Positions 58,105-64,000 of a stretch of DNA of 64,000 nucleotides are shown here, one piece after another. A program made the translations under genes and the position numbers. The stretch spans positions 48,854 through 112,853 of the forward strand of contig CACNEM010000003.1 of assembly GCA_902619495.1 (NCBI GenBank), written 5' to 3'. The DNA comes from an uncultured Pelagibacteraceae bacterium (GTDB lineage Bacteria > Pseudomonadota > Alphaproteobacteria > Pelagibacterales > Pelagibacteraceae). The notes below the pieces were generated by a model. That model saw nothing but the letters and a program-made list of their open reading frames with translations, made no database searches and was not told the origin of the DNA. Position 1 is the first letter of the stretch. Each line of letters opens with the position of its first letter.

Positions 58105-58599
58105 TTAACCAGACGAGGCTTTGACTTTTTTCTCGATAAATTCTGGTATCTCATCACCAAGATCATCGTCTTTTTGATTTTTAGGTTGAAAGGCATACAA
58201 AACATGAAGTTTGCAATAAGGAAAATCTCCTTCAGGCTTTCTACCGCAAAAATAGAATTTCTCCTCATTAGGATGACCGATAGGCCACTTGCATGTTTCA
58301 TCTGTAAGTTCTTCAAGTGATTTAGGGTTTTCTGGCTCGAAGTTTTTATCTAATAATATTGATTGAAATTTAGCTTTTCTTGATGTCGGTGCAGGTCCTC
58401 TTCTAATCTGCTTATTATCATTGGTTCTAGGTGAATTAGATTGCTTGGAAGGGGCTCTAGCTTCTAAATTTAACCTATGAGCTTTTCCAATTACTGCGTT
58501 TCTAGTGGTGTCACCTAATGCTTCGGCTATCTGACTTGCAGTATGCCCTTTTGACCAGAGTTCTTTTAATTTAGCGACTTTTTCTTCTGTCCAACTCAT
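58105..58599 (-). CDS. gcrA: GcrA cell-cycle regulator
   Basis: MSWTEE....L..LW..G.TASQIA..LG..TRNAVIGKAHRL, CKWPIG.P, FCG, PYC..H. Confidence 0.93.
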   Translation of the reverse strand: MSWTEEKVAKLKELWSKGHTASQIAEALGDTTRNAVIGKAHRLNLEARAPSKQSNSPRTNDNKQIRRGPAPTSRKAKFQSILLDKNFEPENPKSLEELTDETCKWPIGHPNEEKFYFCGRKPEGDFPYCKLHVLYAFQPKNQKDDDLGDEIPEFIEKKVKASSG

Positions 58600-58735
58600 A
58601 GTATACAATTACAATATTTAGTAATTATTAAAAACTTAGGGCATAATATTGGGGTTTAAAACATTAAAACGCATCAAAGCTGTGAGTAGATTTAGTTTTG
58701 CACAGTTTTTTTAATAACAGGTTATAAGACTATCA

Positions 58736-59548
58736 ATGGTTGAAATTTCGAAAAAATATAAAATTGGAAAAAGAAGATTTGGATTAGTGAATTGGTACGG
58801 AACATGGACTTTATATAAAAAAGAAGTCCTAAGATTCTTAATTGTGTGGATACAAACTATTTTTTCCCCATTAATTTCATCTTTACTGTTTTTACTTGTT
58901 TTATCTTTAGCTATTGGAGCAGATAGAGGCGATGTACTTGGAGTGCCTTTTATAACTTTTTTAGCGCCAGGGTTGATTTCTATGCAGGTAATTCAGCAAT
59001 CTTTTTCACATTCCTCATCATCTTTTATGATTAAGAAAATTGATGGAACTATAGTTGATTTATTATTTGCTCCCTTATCTGCTGGAGAAGTTACCATCTC
59101 AGTTTCACTTGCAGCTGTAACAAGAAGCGTCGTAATCGGAATAGTTTCAATTATTGTATTTCATTTAATAATTGATATCGAAATTAAAAATTATTTAACG
59201 CTTGTAGCATTCACCTTACTTTCTTCTTTTATTTTAGGAAATATAGGAATAATTGCTGGACTGTGGGCCGAAAAATTCGATCATATGGCAACAGTCACTA
59301 ATTTTATAATAGTTCCATTATCTTTCTTATCAGGTACTTTTTATTCAATAGAGAGACTCCCTGACTTTTTGCAAGCTATAAGTAAAGTTAATCCATTTTT
59401 TTATATGATTGATGGTTTTAGATATAGTTTTATTGGTACTTCAGACGGTTCAATCTCTATTGGCTTGGTATATTTAACTGCCTTAAGCTTTGTTAGCTGG
59501 CTTGTTTGTTATTTATTGTATAAAAAAGGCTATAAAATAAAATCATGA
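58736..59548 (+). CDS. ABC-2 type permease (YadH-like)
   Basis: KEVLRF, FLAPGL, PLSFLSGTFY, NPFFYMIDGFRY. Confidence 0.88.
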   Translation: MVEISKKYKIGKRRFGLVNWYGTWTLYKKEVLRFLIVWIQTIFSPLISSLLFLLVLSLAIGADRGDVLGVPFITFLAPGLISMQVIQQSFSHSSSSFMIKKIDGTIVDLLFAPLSAGEVTISVSLAAVTRSVVIGIVSIIVFHLIIDIEIKNYLTLVAFTLLSSFILGNIGIIAGLWAEKFDHMATVTNFIIVPLSFLSGTFYSIERLPDFLQAISKVNPFFYMIDGFRYSFIGTSDGSISIGLVYLTALSFVSWLVCYLLYKKGYKIKS

Positions 59549-60711
59549 GTAAAATTTTAAATACTTATAACAGAAAGAAAATCTCTTTTTCAAAGGGAAA
59601 AGGAAGTTTCTTATATACAACTAATGGAAAGAAATATTTAGATTTCGTTCAAGGAATTGCTGTAAATTGCCTTGGTCATGCTAATGACTATTTAATAAAA
59701 TCTATTAATAAACAATCTAAAAAATTGTGGCACGTTTCAAATGTTTTCATTATCCCTGAGCAAGAGAGATTAGCGAAAAGACTTGCCCAAAAAACATTTG
59801 CGGACTATGTAACTTTTCAAAATTCTGGTGCAGAAGCAACAGAGGCAGCTATAAAATTCGCTAGAAGATATTTTTATTCAAAGGGTCAACCAAGAAAAAA
59901 TAGAGTTCTTTGTATTAATAATAGTTTTCATGGGAGAACTATTGCAGCTATTTTTGCTAGTAATAGTAAAAAAGCTATTGAAGGTTTTAAGCCTAAAGTA
60001 GATGGTTTTGATCACTTTAACTTTGGTGATCACAAAGGTTTAGAAAAAGCGATAACTAGTAGAACAGCAGCAATCATGGTTGAGACAATCATGGGAGAAG
60101 GGGGCATTAAAGTTATTCCAGATTTTTGTCTCAAAGGCTTAAGAAAACTATGCAATAAGAAAAAAATTTTACTAATTCTTGATGAAGTACAATGTGGAGT
60201 TGGAAGAAGCGGTAAATTTTTTGCTTTTGAATATGCAAAAATTAAGCCAGATATTGTTCCAATAGCAAAAGGGATTGGAGGTGGTTTTCCAATAGGCGCA
60301 GTTTTATTAAATAAAAAAGTAGCCTCAGGTATGAAACCAGGAACGCATGGGTCAACATTTGGAGGAAACCCATTAGCAATGAGTGCTGGTAATGCAGTTA
60401 TGGATATAATGTTTAAAAAAGGTTTCTTAAACAATGTAAGCAAAAATGGAAAATATTTTATTGGGCAACTTGATAAAATTAAAAAAAAATATCCTAAAAT
60501 TATAAAAGAAGTGAGAGGAAAAGGACTTCTTATTGGTCTTTGTCTTCATGTAAATCAAGCTAAATTTATTCAAAAACTTTTAGATAATAATCTACTTACA
60601 GTTAGAGCCGCAGAGAACGTTGTCAGACTTTTGCCTCCTTTAAATGTAACAAAGAATGAAATTAACTTAGGTTTAAAAATAATAGAGAAAGTTTGCAAAA
60701 CATTTAAATGA
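59545..60711 (+). CDS. argD: acetylornithine aminotransferase
   Basis: NSGAEA.E, FHGRT, DEVQCG.GR, AKGIGGG, HGSTFGGNP. Confidence 0.93.
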   Translation: MSKILNTYNRKKISFSKGKGSFLYTTNGKKYLDFVQGIAVNCLGHANDYLIKSINKQSKKLWHVSNVFIIPEQERLAKRLAQKTFADYVTFQNSGAEATEAAIKFARRYFYSKGQPRKNRVLCINNSFHGRTIAAIFASNSKKAIEGFKPKVDGFDHFNFGDHKGLEKAITSRTAAIMVETIMGEGGIKVIPDFCLKGLRKLCNKKKILLILDEVQCGVGRSGKFFAFEYAKIKPDIVPIAKGIGGGFPIGAVLLNKKVASGMKPGTHGSTFGGNPLAMSAGNAVMDIMFKKGFLNNVSKNGKYFIGQLDKIKKKYPKIIKEVRGKGLLIGLCLHVNQAKFIQKLLDNNLLTVRAAENVVRLLPPLNVTKNEINLGLKIIEKVCKTFK

Positions 60712-61634
60712 AAAATTTTATTAATATCTCTGACTGTTCTTCATCAGAGCTTAGAGCAATAATTGAAGAAGCCAAAAAGAGAAAACAAAATAGATCTGGT
60801 CTGAATAAATCTGCACCCGATGCAGATAAGCCTTTTGAGGGAAAATCGATGGCTATGATTTTTGAGAAACCCTCAACAAGAACAAGAATGTCTTTCGACA
60901 TCGCAGTTAAACAATTAGGTGGATCATCAATTATCTTAAATCCTGATGGAATACATTATGGGAAGGGAGAAGAGACTTTAAAAGATACAGCAAAAGTCTT
61001 ATCAGAGTATGTTGATATCGTCATGTTAAGAACATCGTCTCACAAGAACTTGGAAGAGTTTGGAAAATATTTAGATATTCCAATTATTAATGGTCTTTCT
61101 GACGTGAGCCATCCATGTCAAATTATGTCAGATATTCTTACTTATGAGGAAAGCAATGGTTCGATTGAAGGGAAAACTGTTTCTTGGATTGGAGATGGTA
61201 ATAATAATATGTCTAATTCTTTAATTGAAGCTGCTGGTAAATTTAATTTTAAACTGATAATTGGTTGCCCAAAAAAATATTCTCCAAACAAAAATATATT
61301 AAAGTTAGCTAAAAAAGAGAAAGTAAAGTTAACAATTACGAGTAAACCTTTAGAAGCTGTTACAGGTTCGGATTGCGTAATGACTGATAAATGGATCTCG
61401 ATGAATGACAAAGTGAATAAAGTTTCCAAAAAGAAAACTTTGAAACCTTACCAAGTTAATAAAAAATTAATGAGCAAGGCTAATTCAGATGCTATTTTTA
61501 TGCATTGTCTTCCAGTAGGAAGGGGTGAAGAGGTTACGAATGAAGTTATAGATGGAAATCAATCAGTTGTTTGGAGACAAGCGTTAAACAGAGTACACGC
61601 TCAAAAAAGTATTATTAAGTGGTGTTTAGATTAA
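60708..61634 (+). CDS. argF: ornithine carbamoyltransferase
   Basis: STRTR, HPCQ, WISM, HCLP. Confidence 0.96.
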   Translation: MKNFINISDCSSSELRAIIEEAKKRKQNRSGLNKSAPDADKPFEGKSMAMIFEKPSTRTRMSFDIAVKQLGGSSIILNPDGIHYGKGEETLKDTAKVLSEYVDIVMLRTSSHKNLEEFGKYLDIPIINGLSDVSHPCQIMSDILTYEESNGSIEGKTVSWIGDGNNNMSNSLIEAAGKFNFKLIIGCPKKYSPNKNILKLAKKEKVKLTITSKPLEAVTGSDCVMTDKWISMNDKVNKVSKKKTLKPYQVNKKLMSKANSDAIFMHCLPVGRGEEVTNEVIDGNQSVVWRQALNRVHAQKSIIKWCLD

Positions 61635-62176
61635 GGTAAAGGTTTTGGATTATCACCTTTTGAATTCATATATAAAATAACTGACGCTCTATCTTTTTCT
61701 TTTCTAAGCCCAGCAAAAGCCATTTTAGTTCCTTTAATATATGCTTGGGGTTTAATTAAGTAACTATTCATTTCTTCAAAAGACCATTCTTTAGCATAAG
61801 CAACCATTGCTTTAGAATATTTATAATCACTAACCGAACCGGCTGTTCTTCCAATCACATTCCACAAGTTTGGACCTATCATATTTTTTCCACCTGCCGC
61901 TATCATATGACAAGCGCTACATTTTTTAAAAACTTTTTCCCCATGGGCTAGATCTCCCATGGCTAATAAAGCTTTTATGTCGACTACCTCTAAAACCTTT
62001 TCAGTTTTTTCAGCTGTCTCGCTAGTTGAGGCCACCTCTAAGCCGTCAACTTTATATGCTGATTGTTCTGGCTTATCTACGTGAAATAGTATGTCCGTGA
62101 ATTTTCCAATACCAATAACAATTAAAGCGGTTAAAAGGACTGCAGCTATTATTTTATTTAATTCAAAACTATCCAT
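61631..62176 (-). CDS. cycM: membrane-anchored cytochrome c (CycM/cy)
   Basis: MDSFELNKI TM anchor, CSACH, GPNL, GTKMAFAG. Confidence 0.88.
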   Translation of the reverse strand: MDSFELNKIIAAVLLTALIVIGIGKFTDILFHVDKPEQSAYKVDGLEVASTSETAEKTEKVLEVVDIKALLAMGDLAHGEKVFKKCSACHMIAAGGKNMIGPNLWNVIGRTAGSVSDYKYSKAMVAYAKEWSFEEMNSYLIKPQAYIKGTKMAFAGLRKEKDRASVILYMNSKGDNPKPLP

Positions 62177-62269
62177 ATTTTTGATAAATACTTTAAAGAC
62201 GTATAACACGAGTTTTAAAAAAAAAACTTAAAATTACCAAATTTTTTTGCGTCTCTAAGACGCATAATT

Positions 62270-63013
62270 ATGAATAAAACTGCAATAATAATACCATCAA
62301 GATTAGACGCTAAACGTTTACCCAACAAACCTCTAAAACTTATAAACAATAAAGAGATGATTCTCCATGTATACGAGGCAGCTATTAAATCTAATTCAGG
62401 CGAAGTTTACGTTGCAACACCAGATCAAAAAATAATAGAGGTAGTTAAAAATTTTGGAGGAAATGCAGTACAAACATCATCTTACCATGAAACAGGTACT
62501 GACAGAGTTTTCGAAGTTTTTAAAGAAACTTTAAACAGAAAGCCAAATATTATAGTAAATCTCCAAGGCGATATGCCAAACATTGAACCCCAAGAAATAA
62601 AAAATTTAATTAATTATATGAATTTGGGTAAATGTGAGATAGGTACTTTGGCAAGTAAATTAGGCTCAAATTCTGAGCTTGAGGATGGAAATGTTGTCAA
62701 AGTTATCACTAAAGAAAAACTCAAACCCCAAAATTTTATGGAGGCACTTGATTTTGTGAGAGAAAATCCAAAATCTAAGCATCAAGTATATCATCACATT
62801 GGAATTTATGGTTTCACAAATGAATCATTACAAAGATTTGTAAACCTAAAAAGATCAAAACTTGAATTAAATAGAAAATTAGAACAACTCAGAGCTATGG
62901 AAAATGATATGTCAATACATGTTGGCTATATCAATTTTCCTCCATTAAGTGTAGATACAGAAAAAGATTTGATTAAAGTAAAAAAAATAATGGAAAAAAA
63001 TGAACAAAATTAA
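62270..63013 (+). CDS. kdsB: CMP-KDO synthetase
   Basis: IP.R....RLPNKPL, TGTDR, NLQGD.P, HIGIY, LEQLRA, VDT. Confidence 0.94.
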   Translation: MNKTAIIIPSRLDAKRLPNKPLKLINNKEMILHVYEAAIKSNSGEVYVATPDQKIIEVVKNFGGNAVQTSSYHETGTDRVFEVFKETLNRKPNIIVNLQGDMPNIEPQEIKNLINYMNLGKCEIGTLASKLGSNSELEDGNVVKVITKEKLKPQNFMEALDFVRENPKSKHQVYHHIGIYGFTNESLQRFVNLKRSKLELNRKLEQLRAMENDMSIHVGYINFPPLSVDTEKDLIKVKKIMEKNEQN

Positions 63014-63842
63014 AATTGCTATACAAGGGGAATTAGGAGCTTACTCACATATCGCTGCAGAAAATTTATACAAAGGAGCAGAAATTAAAACGTGTTCAAC
63101 TTTTGAAGAAACTTTTAAGCAGGCTTATAATGATCCACAGTTTAAAATAGTAATACCTATAGAAAACTCTTTAGCTGGTAGAGTTGCAGATATTCACTAT
63201 CTTCTTCCAAAGTATAAACTTCAAATTCATGGAGAGTATTTTCAAATGGTAGAACATAATCTTTTATGTAAACCTGATGCTAAAATTGTAGATATTAAAT
63301 TTGTAAGAAGTCATGCTCAAGCTATTGGCCAGTGTCAAAATATAATTAATAAAAGAAAATTTAAATCGATTATCTCTGCGGATACAGCAGGTTCTGCTAA
63401 GGACCTAGCAGAGGGTAAAGATAAATCAATTGCTGCTATCGCATCTGAATTATCTGCAAAAATTTACAATTTAAAGATTTTAGAAAAAAACATAGAGGAT
63501 GAGAAAGGAAATGTAACTCGTTTCTTAATAATGGGAAAAACAATTGAACAACCCGAATTTTCAAAAAATAAAAAATATATAACAAGTTGTATTTTTAGAG
63601 TTAAGAGTGAACCATCGGCACTTTATAAATGTTTAGGAGGGTTTGCTACTAACCAAGTAAATTTAACCAAACTAGAAAGTTTTTCAGTTAAAAATACTTT
63701 TGATCAAGCAAACTTTTATCTTGATTTAGAGGGCCACCTAGAACAACCTGAAGTAAAGAAAGCTCTTGAGGAACTTGGCTTTCATACTGAAACTTTAGAT
63801 ATATTGGGCGTTTATGAAGCTTCTACATTTAGGCAAAAATAG
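63000..63842 (+). CDS. pheA: prephenate dehydratase
   Basis: QGE.GAYS, PIENS..G, SH.QA..QC, NVTRF, ACT domain NLTKLES. Confidence 0.94.
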   Translation: MNKIKIAIQGELGAYSHIAAENLYKGAEIKTCSTFEETFKQAYNDPQFKIVIPIENSLAGRVADIHYLLPKYKLQIHGEYFQMVEHNLLCKPDAKIVDIKFVRSHAQAIGQCQNIINKRKFKSIISADTAGSAKDLAEGKDKSIAAIASELSAKIYNLKILEKNIEDEKGNVTRFLIMGKTIEQPEFSKNKKYITSCIFRVKSEPSALYKCLGGFATNQVNLTKLESFSVKNTFDQANFYLDLEGHLEQPEVKKALEELGFHTETLDILGVYEASTFRQK

Positions 63843-63900
63843 TCCACAAAATTAGATTCTAGCCTTGTGGTATTTAAATTTATCTTGATATACTCATATT

Positions 63901-63990
63901 GAGGTTGGCATCAGGTGGATGTTTCATAAACCCGGTCAGGTCTGAAAAGAAGCAGCCGTAATGAAAATTTTTCAGGTTGTTGCCTGCCTC
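63901..63990 (+). ncRNA. ffs: signal recognition particle 4.5S RNA
   Basis: Domain IV motif CGGTCAGGTCT-GAAA-AGAAGCAGCCG inside a long stem closed by GAGG...CCTC. Confidence 0.93.
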
Positions 63991-64000
63991 TTTGAAATGA

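Noticed and set aside
58074-58320. Two extra ORFs overlapping gcrA
   Set aside because: Alternate-frame or antisense to a confident gene
1307-61429. Many antisense or alternate-frame ORFs in the track (e.g. 1307-1540, 4539-4850, 15012-15398, 31138-31506, 49923-50234, 53393-53791, 60030-60443)
   Set aside because: They lie within well-supported genes and have no motifs; shadow ORFs
1-64000. CRISPR arrays, prophage, IS elements, tRNA/att sites, defence systems
   Set aside because: No regularly spaced repeats, integrase/transposase, phage or recognisable defence genes were seen by eye; short degenerate elements could have been missed

Overview
Very AT-rich, gene-dense bacterial chromosome segment with minimal intergenic spacing. 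Gene content and order (gcrA, alphaproteobacterial aroA-cmk-rpsA-ihfB-pyrF-trpFBA-accD-folC, small SRP RNA) fit a streamlined marine alphaproteobacterium, most likely Pelagibacterales/SAR11 (inference). Most of the window is housekeeping. A ~19 kb block (about 38.6-57.8 kb) looks like a phosphorus-scarcity island: an EptA-like transferase fused to a phosphodiesterase-like domain, DAG kinase / plcP / GT4 lipid-remodelling genes, phoR, an unknown exported protein, pstSCAB-phoU-phoB, sixA, ppk1, ppx and an ArsC + aquaporin pair. Shared 11-bp Pho-box-like repeats lie before plcP and pstS. Other notable items are TrpB, FolC and RlmN with rewritten catalytic motifs, a sigma32 promoter plus ROSE-like thermometer before hsp20, a GC-rich structured leader before a small basic protein, two candidate sRNA loci with anti-Shine-Dalgarno motifs, small ORFs missing from the ORF track, and signs of leaderless transcription. 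I saw no CRISPR, tRNA, rRNA, integrase or transposase. All calls come from motif recognition by eye; no searches were run.
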